A DNA stretch of 61,983 bases, filler included, from Sanchytrium tribonematis (lineage: Eukaryota): NCBI GenBank assembly GCA_018985235.1. It is 7 parts of 7 records of this genome, joined end to end, with 100 filler letters (N's around TTAATTAATTAA, not from the genome) between each part and the next. Parts side by side here need not be neighbours in the genome. Positions count along the whole stretch, not along the records: positions 39,909 to 61,983 come from JADGIG010000085.1; 6 more parts are not named here. One strand, given 5' to 3'. Numbering within the stretch: the first letter of the stretch is position 1; each line of letters begins with the position of its first letter. Position numbers and translations under genes: made by a program. Under the pieces are notes generated by a model. It saw only the letters and a list, made by a program, of their open reading frames with translations. It ran no database searches and was not told where the DNA came from. Shown in pieces: positions 44,248-56,627 of the stretch.

Positions 44248-47191
44248 ATGACTGAAAATTTATTTGCCAAAGCGATTGATCCCAATCCTGAAATTCGAAA
44301 GCAGGCTAGTATTGCTATCTCTCAAGAAGAGCAAAATTACAGCCAATCGCATACACAATGGATGCACTATGTGGCTTCACTTTGTCTTACTGATAACGGT
44401 GCGGCAGTATATTTGAAAAATTTTATAACTACTAAATGGAACACAATGCATCAGCCAGACAGGTTACTTGTTAAACAAAATATCGTCGAATGGATTGTGC
44501 ATAGCTCTGGACCTGTTAGAAAACAACATTTAGAGGCGTTGAAATCTCTTCTGAAAATAGAAACTATTGATATTTTATCAATGGAGCACATTCACACTTT
44601 AATTCAATCACACCCTTTAGCTGCTACATTTATTTTATTAGAAGCTTGTCGCCATTTTCAATGGAAAGCTAAAAGCGAGCGTGGTCCACTTCAAATTATT
44701 TTAACTAAAATTTTTCCAACTGCACTGGGGGTCTGTAAACAAAGTTTAATATCATATGGGCCAGAAGATCAAACTATTATTAAAAACATAATCAAGTCGT
44801 TTTTCTTTACCATGAGATTTGAGCTTAGTGTAATACACAGACAAATCCTAGCAGAATGGTGCCAAATATCTGCCGATATTTTATTCAAACCTACTGACGG
44901 AGATGATTCAGCATCTGATGCATATAAAGCCAAGAAATGGGCTTCTCATTTTTTAACTCGGTTGTTTGTCCGCTATGGTCAAAAAGGATCCTCCAAAAGT
45001 CCAGAAGAGGCGGAATTCATATACACTCATCTGGCGCCTTCAATTGTTCAGACTTATATTCAATTGATAACTCAATTTATGGATCAAAACAATAGATTTT
45101 CTGACTGTCATCCCCTTCATGCGAAAACTTTTTTACCTGAAAAGGTTCAGCATGACGCAATTGTGGCACTTCAGTACTGTATACGGTATAAAGATATGTG
45201 GAATATTTTGAAAAGTAATCTCAATGACATAATACCTAATTATTTTATTCCAATGCTGAGATTATGTGAAATTGATCAAGAATTATGGGAAAACGATCCT
45301 ATTGAATACATACACTCAAAATTGTCTTCTTGGGAAGATTCAGTGCATGTTAGGAGTTCGGCGACTCTTTTCTTAAGTGAAATGTGTGAGAAACGAAAAC
45401 TTATGATACAACCTTTATTTCAAGTTATTCAGGAACTCTTAAAAAATCAATGGCAAGATCAGGAAGCTGCATTGACTTTAATCGGTGCACTTTGTTATGT
45501 CCTAAGAAGAGATACTGAATTTACTGCCACTATTGAATCATTCACTTATGAATGTATCATTCCTGCTATGAATGCGGAGGTTCCTGTTTTAAAAGCCAAC
45601 GCTTTTTTTGTGTTTTCCAAATACTGTAGTAATGATTTAAAGCAACTCGAACAGCTTCAAAAAGCCTTTGAATATTCCTTTTTAGGTTTACAATCTAGTC
45701 TACCATTATCAGTGTACGCGGCTATCTCTATATCTCCTCTTCTAAAAATGTCGCAATTAAAGCCAATAATTAGTCCTAATATTGCGCAAATTATGTCTAA
45801 AATGTTGGAATTGACTAATGTGATTGACATGGACATTTTGACAGAAGTAATGGAAACTATTGTTGATCTGTATAGCAACGATATGATTCCTTATGCAGTA
45901 GAACTATCGACTTCACTAATCAACAGCTTTATGAGAATTCTCAAAAACTGCGATACTGAGACCGACTTGGACTTTAGCAGCGACAAAATTATGACAGCTA
46001 TCGGAATAATGAAAACTATTCAGTCCCTGATTTTGAGTTTAGAAAACAGTCCTCAAATAGTGTATCAGATCGAGCAAATTGCTTGTCCTGCTTTAGAATT
46101 TGTGCTTGAAAATGATTTTATTGATTTGTTTGAGGAGATCTTTGAATTCATAGACACTGTAACTTTTACCACCAAATCTGTATCCCCTTTAATGTGGAAA
46201 TTCTTCTTTCATTGCTTTGAAAAGTTGAAGGAAACTGCTGCAGATTATTTAGACCAGATGATTCCCTGCTTTGATAATTTTGTTCAATTTGGTAAGGAAC
46301 AAATATTGGGTGATCCGGCTACTTTGAATAGTATTAACCAAATTATATCTGGCCTGTTTAATTCCCACATGGTCGAGACTGATAAAATTCCAGGCTGTTT
46401 ATTAATAGAGACGATTTTATTGCATCTAAGAGGCAGTGTGGATTCACTAGTTCCAATATATATTGATATGGCTCTGCATTATCTCGGTCAATTAGACCAA
46501 AATTCAAATAGTCACCAAATACAGCACAATGAATACCGACTTGCTTTAATTGAAATTGTTTTAAATTGCATCTATTACAACCCTCAAATTTCACTCACTA
46601 TATTAGATCAAAAGAATTGTGCAACTACTATTTTCGGATTTATGGTAAATCAGTCTGAATCTTTTAAAAAACTTCATGATAAAAAGCTACTTATTTTAAG
46701 CAGCTGTACTATCTTGACCTCTCCTTTAGAATCAATACCGCCTAATCTTAGAGTTGAGATTCCGAAGCTATTAGGATTTGTGACAAACCGACTTCAAAAT
46801 TATCAAGATAAATTAACAAGTAGAATATTTTAATGTAGAAAGAAAGCAAGCTTCGGAAAAGTGGGCCACAAATCCATTTTATACTGGATTTGATCATGTT
46901 CAGAAAAAACAAATTAAAGCTGTTGGCGATAACGAAGACGCACTTAGCGATGACGAGTTTAATTTCGAAGAGCTTGAAATATTTGAGGAAGATTCGAGTT
47001 ATGAGACCCCACTGGACCATATTGATCCCTTCTTGGTATTTGGACATACAGTTCATGTATTAATTGGTACTAGAAAGCCCGAATATGATTCCTGGATGAA
47101 TGCACTTCCAGGTGAAACCCGAATTTTAATTGAAAAGCTTTATCAACTGTATATTGATCATGTTCAAAAGAATTCTGCAAAAATAAACTAA
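44248..47191 (+). CDS. Importin-7/8 (Nmd5/Sxm1)-like karyopherin (2 exons)
   Basis: AAVYLKN IBN-N, KAKKWA, ELWENDPIEYI, LHDKKL; acidic tail with ETPLDHIDP after 19-nt intron 46820-46838 GTAGAATATTTTAATGTAG. Confidence 0.88.
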
Positions 47192-47228
47192 TTTGTGAAA
47201 AAATAGAAGAATCTAACAAGGGGAGCCG

Positions 47229-48299
47229 ATGTTGTCAATTGTTAAAAGACAATTAGCAAGATCATTTGTTAGACCACAGAACAGCACTTTACTATTTTTA
47301 AGGCGATTCAATTCGACCGAATCAAAGATTCCTAGTTCTAGAGCTCCCGACGAGATTCCTCAACAAATTAATAGTCATATCGCTGAAACTGGATCAATCC
47401 CAACACAATCGTCCATAATTGAGCAAAATGAAGAAATGATCAGTAATGCATTTCTGCAACAGATGCCACAGACAGTTGGTGATTTGCATAGTTTGGGACT
47501 TTCTTATTCATGGCCACCTGGCTGGATTGTTCAATTTCTTGAAGCATTTTATATAACAAGTGGTTTAAGCTGGTGGGCAGCAATCGTTCTATATACTTTG
47601 ACAATTAGGATTTTGCTAGTCCCAACAATTGTAAAAATGATGAAAGTCAACGCGAAACTTATGAAAATACAGCCTCAAGTTCAATTGGTGCAGAAAAAAC
47701 TAGAAGATGCGAAGCAAAATCAGGATGTTCCTCTTATGCAGAAATCAATTAATGAAATGAAAAGTCTTTACTCGGAGCAAAAAATTAGTCCTTTGTCAGC
47801 ACTTAAGGGTCCAATTATCCAAGGAGCAATCTTGATTTCTACTTTCGTGGCATTAAGAAGAATGGCTACACTTCCCGTACCGTCTTTTGAGACAGGCGGG
47901 GCATTGTGGTTTACTGATTTGACTGCTGCAGATCCCACTCTTGCCCTACCAATTATATCTGCAATTTCTGTTTTAGCGCTTCTGAAGTATTCTTCAGAGA
48001 TTCAGCCACCAACTCCGCAAACCCAAACTCTCAAAACACTAATGCCTTTCTTAGTAATTGGTGGTGCATACTTCGTTTCAGATTTTCCGGCTGCTGTATT
48101 TGTATATTGGATCACATCTAACGTCTTCAGTATCTTGCAAACTCTTCTATTGCAGTCACCTAAAATGAGAAAAAAGTTTGGAATTCCTAAAATTGAGAAG
48201 CCAGTTTTACCAAAATCACACACAAAACCGTTAGGATTCTTCGAAGGTTTCAAACTTGCATATGAAGCAAACAGAAAGCCTACCAATTCAAATAAATGA
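47229..48299 (+). CDS. OXA1: Mitochondrial inner-membrane insertase Oxa1
   Basis: Presequence-like N-terminus, GLSWWAAI...T.IR, GGALWFTDLT.ADP, YWITSN. Confidence 0.92.
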   Translation: MLSIVKRQLARSFVRPQNSTLLFLRRFNSTESKIPSSRAPDEIPQQINSHIAETGSIPTQSSIIEQNEEMISNAFLQQMPQTVGDLHSLGLSYSWPPGWIVQFLEAFYITSGLSWWAAIVLYTLTIRILLVPTIVKMMKVNAKLMKIQPQVQLVQKKLEDAKQNQDVPLMQKSINEMKSLYSEQKISPLSALKGPIIQGAILISTFVALRRMATLPVPSFETGGALWFTDLTAADPTLALPIISAISVLALLKYSSEIQPPTPQTQTLKTLMPFLVIGGAYFVSDFPAAVFVYWITSNVFSILQTLLLQSPKMRKKFGIPKIEKPVLPKSHTKPLGFFEGFKLAYEANRKPTNSNK

Positions 48300-48393
48300 G
48301 ATTTATCAGTATATTTTGCTTGTACCAATCAGACCGAAATTTGCTCAGAATTTAAAAAAGTTTGGTTTCCGTGTTTCAATCATCAAATTTCAA

Positions 48394-49623
48394 ATGCCAA
48401 ATGAAAGAAATTCAAATAGAAGACGAAATGACACTAATCAGAGAACCCCTTACGAAAGAAGGCAAGATAATGATAATATAACTGATAGAACTGAGATTTT
48501 TATGAGGCCAATTGTAAGGATTTTAAATACCACTAGGCAAGTAGAAAGTAATGCTAGAAATACCCAGTCACGTAGAAATGACCAAGCAGATTCTTCAGTT
48601 TACAATGGGAACATCAGATCTAGATTGAGATCTAGAAGTAATAATTCACCGCGATCAAATTCTATCTCACCGCAAAGACCAGTTGATTCTAGCAGAAATC
48701 AGGCTTCTACAGGTCAGGCCAATTTTGATTTTGATGAAAGAGTGGGAGAGGGTGAGACAAGACGATATGGTTCTTTAGGGAGATCATCAGGTGCTATAAA
48801 TCCAGGTTTTACATTTGCTACAGAAATTAACGGAATTAATAGATTTGAGAGAATTCGAAGAGCTCAAGTAGTCGACTTGACAAACTATAACAATGGGATG
48901 CTCCACCGAATAGCTTGGAGAAGTGCCTTTGTAACTGAAGGCGATGGCGACGTTAGTGAAGAAGAAACCTCACAATCTCCTAGAAGATCCAGAAGGCTTA
49001 ACAGCGAGCCTCCTGAAGAAGTCGTTGATCTAGAAGATCTCAGCAGGCGGAATCGTAGAAGAACTCGAGACCCTTCTCCAGAGATTCAATTTCTTGGCAG
49101 GTCAGCACCTAGACCCACTCGGAATGTTCGTCGAATACCTTCGAATATGAGACAAATTGGAACTTCTATTATATTTACACGTGGATTTAATTTAAATGAA
49201 ATGGATAGGATACCGGACGACGATGCTGCCAGAAATATGTTTCCTGGGTTCGAATCCTTATTTGATCCATTTGAAACATTTACATATGACGATTGGCTTA
49301 ATTTTGAGGATCTTGTTGGTAATGTTAGAGGTAGAGATTCTGGTGTTAAAAAAGAAATTTTCGATAAGCTAAATACAATCAAAGTTGGTGAGCCGATGAA
49401 GGACCTAGTTGTAGACCTTACCTCCGAGGTGCCTAAATCTGTGGTCCAGGAAAAAGAGCCTCCTATATCCTCTGCGTCAAATTGCGTAATTTGTATGACC
49501 GATTATGATGAAGGGGAAAAAGCCATTTTACTGAATTGCAAACATCATTATCATAGCGAGTGTCTCAAAAAATGGTTTGATAGCCATTCTACATGTCCAA
49601 TATGCCGTTTTGAAGTGAAATAA
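48394..49623 (+). CDS. RING-H2 E3 ubiquitin ligase
   Basis: R/S-rich disordered N-terminus, SIM-like VVDL motifs, C-terminal CVIC...CKHHYHSEC...W...CPICR. Confidence 0.85.
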   Translation: MPNERNSNRRRNDTNQRTPYERRQDNDNITDRTEIFMRPIVRILNTTRQVESNARNTQSRRNDQADSSVYNGNIRSRLRSRSNNSPRSNSISPQRPVDSSRNQASTGQANFDFDERVGEGETRRYGSLGRSSGAINPGFTFATEINGINRFERIRRAQVVDLTNYNNGMLHRIAWRSAFVTEGDGDVSEEETSQSPRRSRRLNSEPPEEVVDLEDLSRRNRRRTRDPSPEIQFLGRSAPRPTRNVRRIPSNMRQIGTSIIFTRGFNLNEMDRIPDDDAARNMFPGFESLFDPFETFTYDDWLNFEDLVGNVRGRDSGVKKEIFDKLNTIKVGEPMKDLVVDLTSEVPKSVVQEKEPPISSASNCVICMTDYDEGEKAILLNCKHHYHSECLKKWFDSHSTCPICRFEVK

Positions 49624-49668
49624 AATTTTCACCAATTTATTGCTTTTTTTTGAAACACAATTTCGCCA

Positions 49669-50860
49669 ATGATTCAAATCGTTGATGCCCAGACTCAAAA
49701 TAAAATTACTGTTTATATTATACAGCATGGAGACGTAGAAATAAGAAAAAGGTACAGTGAGTTCGACCAACTTCATGCCTATTTGAAAGATAAATACCCA
49801 GCTATTATAATTCCTATGATTCCGAGCAAGACTTCTTTAAAACAATATGCTGCTCATCCCAACAGCGCTAAATTCGATCCAAATGTTATTCAACAAAGAA
49901 AAAGATTATTAGAAAAATTTCTAAACAGAATACTTGCACATCAAGTTTTAGTAGAAGATGATGGTGTTAAGCAATTTTTGGATCCAAGTGCTGCCCCCGT
50001 TTTTGAAATTAAAGGCCATAAAAAGAGAAAATCGTTTTCAATAGGCGGACAACAATTGAAGAATATAGACAACAAATTTGTTGAATATGAAAGTTATACA
50101 ACGAAATTAAATTCTCATTATAAATTACTCCATAAGCTTCAAAAAAAGGTATTTCGAAAATACATGGACATGACACCGGATGATGCAGAACTTGGGGCAG
50201 TTTATAACGCATTAGCCCTGACTGAACAACATTCTCCAGAGCTACAAACAGTTTTGCAAGGTTTAGGACAGGCTGTAGATAGATGTCAAGTTTCTAAGAT
50301 TAATTTATGCAATGACATGCAAATTTTGTGCGAAGAACCTTTACAAGAATATAAAGAGTTGACTGACGAAATTAAGGAGATCTTAGACTTTAGAATCCAG
50401 GAGCAAGCTGATTTTGAATCTAATACAGATCAATTGTCAACGAAATGGTCGACCTTAAAGCAGCTTGAAAAAGTTGAGGAAGAACAAAAGCGAATGCAAG
50501 ACGCATTTCAAGGTGTTGAGCGATCTCGCCCAGCTGCTAATAAAAGCGTTATTGGGAACCTTACTGAAAAATTGAACTCGATGATAGATTCAGATCCTGA
50601 TGCGACCAGAAGACACAATATAGCAAAAACTAAGGATACAATCGCACAAGTAATTTATTCTTATCTAGTTGGAACAAACAAGAAGCTCTCAAGAAGACTC
50701 TATTGCTCAAATCAGCGAGAACATACATCAAGAAATGCAAAGATTTGAAAAAAATCATCAAGATGAATTCAAACAAATTATGCTTAATTATTGTAAAACA
50801 ATGCTGGAATATCACACCAAGAATCTAGAAACTTGGAAAGCTGTCAAATTGGATCAGTAA
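49669..50860 (+). CDS. PX-BAR sorting nexin (Snx4/Snx41/Atg20-like; 2 exons)
   Basis: PX domain (RKRYSEF, IIPMIP.K, RKRLLEKFL), BAR helices; 19-nt intron 50650-50668 GTAATTTATTCTTATCTAG. Confidence 0.88.
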
Positions 50861-50902
50861 ATTTATGCCACTGAAGTTTTAAAATGCACATACAAAAAAA
50901 AT

Positions 50903-51811
50903 ATGCCCCGTTATTGTGTGACAATGCATTCCAAAAAAGGATTATCTAAGTTTGTTCTAGTTCACGGCCCTGATAATACAACGTCATGGAAAGCAGTAAA
51001 TGTTGTTGATCCGATTCACCTTGGATTTTTTGATGATGATAGGTATGACTACAATAAGCATTATAAAGCTGCGGGAGATGATCCTAATGCTATATTTGTA
51101 CCATATGATGATCCAGTTGATGATTTTAAAGACGAAGAACTTAACAACCCTGATATTAAAGAGCTTATTGATGCACTTGAAGATGAAGCTTATTATGAAA
51201 TGGACGAAATTCTAAATGAAGACAATCTTAGTGAACCTGACGATGAATACTTTACGAACTTAGTTTCGGATAAAAAAATTAGAGATATAGACGACGATTT
51301 CGACAAGTTTTTGGAAGACTTTGAAAAAACCAACAATGATGACGAGAATTTTGAAGAAATGCATAGTTACGCCCAAATGCTGAAGCAACAACAAAAGGAG
51401 TTTGCTAGAACCAAGACCTCGGCCGACATGAAAAACAAGATAATGGGTATGGTTGAGTTGCAAGAAGAGGAGTATGTGCAGGAATTGGAGGCGTCAGAAC
51501 ACTCATCTGAATTTGAATCAAGCTCCGAGGAAGAGTGGAATTGCGAAAAGCAATTAATGGTAGATTCTGTAAATATATTTAAACCGACTGTTATACAACC
51601 TCATCGATTGCACGAAAAAATAGTTTCTGAACCCACATCATCAAACGATGCTTCCTCACAGGAATCTCAGAATCCAATAATTGAAATAGTCATTCCTAGT
51701 AGAAGAAAAGGCGAAACAAAAGATGAAAAGAAACACAGAAAGGAGTTGCAAAAGAAAGCAAATAAGCTAAAGCGAGCACGTAAAAAGTCACAACTTGTCG
51801 CTACCCAATAA
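50903..51811 (+). CDS. LTV1: Ribosome biogenesis factor Ltv1-like
   Basis: FVLVH, GFFDDDRYDYNKH, acidic middle with WNCE, C-terminal ETKDEKKHRK. Confidence 0.7.
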   Translation: MPRYCVTMHSKKGLSKFVLVHGPDNTTSWKAVNVVDPIHLGFFDDDRYDYNKHYKAAGDDPNAIFVPYDDPVDDFKDEELNNPDIKELIDALEDEAYYEMDEILNEDNLSEPDDEYFTNLVSDKKIRDIDDDFDKFLEDFEKTNNDDENFEEMHSYAQMLKQQQKEFARTKTSADMKNKIMGMVELQEEEYVQELEASEHSSEFESSSEEEWNCEKQLMVDSVNIFKPTVIQPHRLHEKIVSEPTSSNDASSQESQNPIIEIVIPSRRKGETKDEKKHRKELQKKANKLKRARKKSQLVATQ

Positions 51812-51869
51812 ACTACATGCTACTGTACTTTGACATTTCATCGCCAAGATTCTGGAGCTGAAACTCTAG

Positions 51870-52617
51870 ATGGAAAAATTAAATAATTTACAGTCACTTA
51901 AAGATGCGAAAGAATATCTAGGTAATTCTTATCCGATATATTTAAAAAGTTTAAGGCTATATTTTGAGAATTCTATTTCATTACACGAGTTTAGGTCAAG
52001 GATAATACATTTGTTTGGTAAGCAAAAAAATCTTCATACAAAAGTTATTCGAGACCTACTAAAAATTAATTATAAAATAGAGAAGCCGTTGAAGAAAATT
52101 TCTCTTCACAAATACAGGTTGGATGTGATACGCTCACTGGGTCAAGTGGAGCGAGATAGACTAAAATTATATCTTAATAAGGCTGAACCCGAAAAGTTGA
52201 TTCCGCAAGTTTTCAGTGCTTCCGTAAGTGAGCCATGCTTTAGTGAAAATGAGAATCTTTTTACAGAGGAGAACGTCAAATTGAGGCTGTTGGCTTTAGC
52301 TGAAAAATATGGCGTAGCGACTGGTCCCGGATGCTCTGATTTCTTATACAGGGCCACAATGGTAATTATTATTAATCAAGATGTTTATAAGAGAAAAATT
52401 GACAACAATATCATCTGCTACCTGCAGGTCTCCGGAAAACAATCCACATCATCCTTATAAAAAGGAAGAGCCTTTGAATAATGGACCTCACGTAACAAAA
52501 TCTGAAGCAGATGACTTTAGTATCATAGAGAAAGAATTTGAGTCAATAACACCTCAAATCTTAAGTAGAACGTTGGACCCGCTAAGTCAAAGACTAATTT
52601 TGTATGGTTCAGTTTAA
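51870..52617 (+). CDS. SAGA subunit Ada1/Tada1-like protein (2 exons)
   Basis: LG..Y..Y...L..YF...IS..EF......L.....LH N-terminal domain and histone-fold-like segment; 19-nt intron 52362-52380 GTAATTATTATTAATCAAG. Confidence 0.6.
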
Positions 52618-52622
52618 TAAAT

Positions 52623-54629
52623 TTATTGACTTAAGGCAAATTTCTCGACTCTAATTAACATAGTGCTTGGCATAGTATGTCCTTTCGACGTTAAAAATGG
52701 AACATGGCGATACCCTTCTTTTAAAGACGATAAAAGTACGCTTGCTTGGCAAATAAAATCATTAGATGAATAATCCAAGTCATAGACGGCAAAATGGAGA
52801 AATGAAAGTGAAGACTCCGCTTTAATATTGAGTTTCTCATTGAAAATTGGATTGCAGCCATTGTTCTGCACGGCCTTAGTTTTAAAAACTTCATTTTCCA
52901 AAGAAATCGTACCTTTCACATGTGTTGCTTCTATAAATGGATCTATGATCTCCCCTTTGCTTCTTTCGATAGGTTTCGGAAGCCTTTGACAAGATACTAT
53001 CTCGATGATATAATTTATCGGCTTAAAAGCATTTAAATTTCCTGCTAATGAATGCGGTCTCAGAAAGTATCCTAAATTTCCATTTGAGCTAAAAAGAGCC
53101 CTATTCATGCTTAAATATTTATCATTTGTTTGAAAATTCAACGCAACTACTTGAGCGCCAGCTAACCAATGTGGAATTGGATCATAATTACTGCTATCAA
53201 CTCTTTTATTTCCAGGGTATATTCTATTTAGTCTTATATGGGACAGACTTTGATATTTTTTAAGATTTAGCTTAAACATATCAAGTGATTTGCCTTCATT
53301 AAAAGAAGATATTGTTCTACTTACTACAGCAGTATTGTCACTCAAAATTTCAAATCCCGTAAATTTTTCTGCTTTCAACAAAGAAATTAGTCTCTCCAAC
53401 TTTGGAGAAATTTTTTTAACAACTTTGGAATCTTCCTCATCTGAGGCTGGATCAGGATTTCTCGAATTTACTTTTCCTTTGATAACAATCTTGCCAGCAA
53501 GCATTTTTGGACTAGGAAGATAATCCTCATACTTTTCTGGACCAGGGGACTCCTGTATAAATAGTAAATCGCCAAATACATCGACCAGCATATCCGCAAT
53601 TATATCTTGTTGGGAAATAGAGCAGTGCATTTCGAAAGAAAGAATTAATGGTAGAGCAGATTTTATAAAACCATATTTTTTAATGCAAAAAAACGCATCT
53701 TTAGCTAAAATCTTTGATGTCAATGTTCTTCCATGAAAAATTATAGGTTCTACCGAGCCGTCCCATAAATCTAATTCGAGACATCTACAACCATCTAGTA
53801 GAGCATTTTTATAGCCTTCCGTGGAGGAATCTGAATTGAGTTGATTACCTAATAAGTATGTATTGTGTGATGAGTTGATAAAATAAAATGATAAAGGTAG
53901 TTCAAAGGAGTCTTCAGAAGTTTGATTAAAATAATCCAAGCCTTCCAAATATCTTTCGAAAAAGAGAAAGTCAATTTCATTTGGAATATCAGAGGAATTA
54001 ATTTTTTCTTGAAAAAATGTCATCAACCATTCTATGAAATAACCCTTAGATAAAGATTTGCTCGCATTATGCTTTAACAAATCTTTGAAAATGCATTTCA
54101 AATCTTTCCTTTTCCATGACTTATAAAGTGCAAATTCGGCTAAAAGTAAATCTTGAGAATTTGAAAATATTTGTTTTATATTGAGCAGTTCATCTTGAGT
54201 CAAAACAGATTTAAAATTGTCTTTTTGCATTTCAAACTTCTTTTTTATAGCAGAGGTAGTTATATTGGAGTTGACGTAGACAAGTAACTCTTCGATGGTT
54301 AACTTGTCTTTCAAAAATCGCAATATACAATCGATTTTTTGATAATGTTTAATGTAAGCTGGATCTAACTTGAGAATGATGACATCATCATACTCTTTGT
54401 ATGAGATGCCCGGCATTTTGAGAATATGGCTGACTGCATCCCTCGACAAAATAATTGTAAATTTCTCATTTTCAATCGTAAAGTTCTCTATGCGAGAGAT
54501 TCTCCAAATAGGCAAGCTAACTTCATCAAAAGTCTTTCTTTTTGACGTTTGCATTATGCCACTGATAATGGCTATTTCCTTGGTTTTTTGGATTCCTTTG
54601 GATGGCCGAGTAATTTTGGCATGGAACAT
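52623..54629 (-). CDS. PLC1: Phosphoinositide-specific phospholipase C
   Basis: X box (YFINSSHNTYL, GCRCLELD.WDG, HGRTLT), Y box (RIYP...RVDSSNY.P, VALNFQT), C2 domain. Confidence 0.93.
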   Translation of the reverse strand: MFHAKITRPSKGIQKTKEIAIISGIMQTSKRKTFDEVSLPIWRISRIENFTIENEKFTIILSRDAVSHILKMPGISYKEYDDVIILKLDPAYIKHYQKIDCILRFLKDKLTIEELLVYVNSNITTSAIKKKFEMQKDNFKSVLTQDELLNIKQIFSNSQDLLLAEFALYKSWKRKDLKCIFKDLLKHNASKSLSKGYFIEWLMTFFQEKINSSDIPNEIDFLFFERYLEGLDYFNQTSEDSFELPLSFYFINSSHNTYLLGNQLNSDSSTEGYKNALLDGCRCLELDLWDGSVEPIIFHGRTLTSKILAKDAFFCIKKYGFIKSALPLILSFEMHCSISQQDIIADMLVDVFGDLLFIQESPGPEKYEDYLPSPKMLAGKIVIKGKVNSRNPDPASDEEDSKVVKKISPKLERLISLLKAEKFTGFEILSDNTAVVSRTISSFNEGKSLDMFKLNLKKYQSLSHIRLNRIYPGNKRVDSSNYDPIPHWLAGAQVVALNFQTNDKYLSMNRALFSSNGNLGYFLRPHSLAGNLNAFKPINYIIEIVSCQRLPKPIERSKGEIIDPFIEATHVKGTISLENEVFKTKAVQNNGCNPIFNEKLNIKAESSLSFLHFAVYDLDYSSNDFICQASVLLSSLKEGYRHVPFLTSKGHTMPSTMLIRVEKFALSQ

Positions 54630-54665
54630 GGAGACGGGTCCTAAAATATTATACAAAGAAATTTA

Positions 54666-55256
54666 TTAATCCTGAGGCATTTCTTCTGATAAAATTGTTC
54701 TAAATTCTGATTCTTGTACAGAATCACCTGCTTTACTTTCCAAATATTGAATATATAGCCGAGCTGCTTGTAAAATCTCAACTTTTGCCATTTTCCGTTC
54801 TTTAGCAAACGGAACACTATCTCTCAAATTAGTCAGTGCGTTTTTCGCATCATCCCTTCGTTTCTGTTCCGCTAATTTATGCTGTTGCTTCTTAAGGTCT
54901 TCTTTCATGATGGGAATATTCTGATGCTGGTTGTAAAATGGCTGTAATGCTTGGGGACTAGTAATTGGGTAAGGCCTTGGTGAATATTCAAAATACTGAT
55001 AACCTGGCGCTTGTGTGCTGTGCTGGGAATGGCCTGAAGAAAATAATAGGCCAGGCGTTAGCGGCTGCATATTTGCAAAGTTTCCAGCAGGTAAATTTTG
55101 AGGACTCTCGTCTGGAGTAAGAAGCGCGCTTTGGTAGTCCGATTTAAATTTAGTTAGTTGCTGACCATACGATGGTTGATAATCAGCAGGAAATTGCTGC
55201 TCCATACTGTTTGAGTTTGACTCCTTCTCATGAATTGCCCAATTTTCAGCCGTCAT
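54666..55256 (-). CDS. bHLH transcription factor
   Basis: HKLAEQKRRD...L..LR..VP......KVEILQAA..YI. Confidence 0.88.
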   Translation of the reverse strand: MTAENWAIHEKESNSNSMEQQFPADYQPSYGQQLTKFKSDYQSALLTPDESPQNLPAGNFANMQPLTPGLLFSSGHSQHSTQAPGYQYFEYSPRPYPITSPQALQPFYNQHQNIPIMKEDLKKQQHKLAEQKRRDDAKNALTNLRDSVPFAKERKMAKVEILQAARLYIQYLESKAGDSVQESEFRTILSEEMPQD

Positions 55257-55303
55257 GATATGAACAACATTCGCACAAGACTTAAAATAAGTATTTACTA
55301 TAT

Positions 55304-56491
55304 CTACTGCAAGAAATTTTCTTCGTCACCAACCTGGCGATATTTACGTGGTACAAGAACCTTTGGTTTTATAGGTGAAACTTGAGTAGCTTTGTCACTA
55401 TAGCGACCAGGTTTCGGTAAAATATTTTCCAAATTCTCAGATTGAACAGTTTGAATGGTTTTGGAATAATTGTTAGGCTTAGTTGGTGTTTTTATCAAAT
55501 TATTCCGTCTCGGTGATTTTGTTGGTGTAGTAGGGATTTCCGCATAACACAATTTGATAGGTTTAATTGGAGTTGTTGGCAAATTCTCGATGGCGTCTTC
55601 CTTGAACTCGCTGAATGCTTCGGGGACGTCAGAGGAGAGAAAACTAATTTCTTTTCCATGAGATGGTTTATCACTACTTAAAGGAAGAGATTTGCTGGAA
55701 AAGATCTCAGAAGATGCAACTTCAGAGGAAGCATCTATTCTTCGTCTCTTGACAGGCACGTTGCCAAAACTCATTTTACAAACATAATTTTCAGGAATTA
55801 AGTCACGCTTTCGTTTCTTTTTATCCTTGCTGGGCCTTTTTTCTACGAGACTTGGTCTTGGAGTTCTAATTTGTAAACTTGTAGGAGGTGCAATTTCTTC
55901 TAAAAGTGTGGCTAAACCGTTTTCATCAATTCTAAATTTCCCATCATTAAAACTTATAGCATACTTCTCAAACAAATCCCGCTGAACCTGAGGAAGGTCC
56001 TTATAGATCTGCGCCATCATTTTTCCAAATTCTTTTTTACCCATATCGGCCATTTTCTGCTGGAAATAATCCGTGTATAGAGTATAGAATACCAAATGAC
56101 CAGTGCATTTTTTGGGCATTTTTTTAAAGGCCAGTTTTTTAGGTACGAAATCAAGCGGTAAAGAAGTTATCGTCTGTTTAACTTGATTTTCTCGCAGCTG
56201 GTGCAACGCAGATGGAGTCGGCTGCTGTTTCGGTAACAACTTAGGGTATTGTTTTAATGGAGTATTCGTGTTATTCAGACCAACAGCTTTCGCAAACTCG
56301 GATTTTACGTATTCTGATGTGAGCAAGTCTGAAGATATCGTTGGCGTCGTAAAGTATGCTGATGGGTATACCGGATCAGTCGATGGCTTGTTTTGTGAGT
56401 CTGTCGTCAGAATAGAATCAAACTCAAAATCGTTTGTAAATTCTTCGAACCAGTCATCAAGGCCTTCAAGAAATTCGTCGTATTCTGCCAT
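55304..56491 (-). CDS. HMG-box protein
   Basis: PKKCTGHLVFY...EFGKMMAQIYKDLP..QRD.FE..A resembles an HMG box; acidic N-terminus; many TP/SP sites. Confidence 0.6.
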   Translation of the reverse strand: MAEYDEFLEGLDDWFEEFTNDFEFDSILTTDSQNKPSTDPVYPSAYFTTPTISSDLLTSEYVKSEFAKAVGLNNTNTPLKQYPKLLPKQQPTPSALHQLRENQVKQTITSLPLDFVPKKLAFKKMPKKCTGHLVFYTLYTDYFQQKMADMGKKEFGKMMAQIYKDLPQVQRDLFEKYAISFNDGKFRIDENGLATLLEEIAPPTSLQIRTPRPSLVEKRPSKDKKKRKRDLIPENYVCKMSFGNVPVKRRRIDASSEVASSEIFSSKSLPLSSDKPSHGKEISFLSSDVPEAFSEFKEDAIENLPTTPIKPIKLCYAEIPTTPTKSPRRNNLIKTPTKPNNYSKTIQTVQSENLENILPKPGRYSDKATQVSPIKPKVLVPRKYRQVGDEENFLQ

Positions 56492-56627
56492 AAAATAAAT
56501 GTGTTTCAAGGCAAAGTAAAAAAAGTTACGTCTTACTGAACCAAAATATTTAAACGTCATTTAGACAAAGGCGTGTAACCCAATTCGACTTAAGTTAAAT
56601 ATTTACTTCTATAATTACATCGTCTAG

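Noticed and set aside
55304..56491. HMG-box gene as a possible mating-type (sexP/sexM-like) locus
   Set aside because: Flanking genes are a bHLH factor and a hypothetical protein, not the triose-phosphate transporter and RNA helicase of the Mucorales sex locus; the HMG call itself is only moderate
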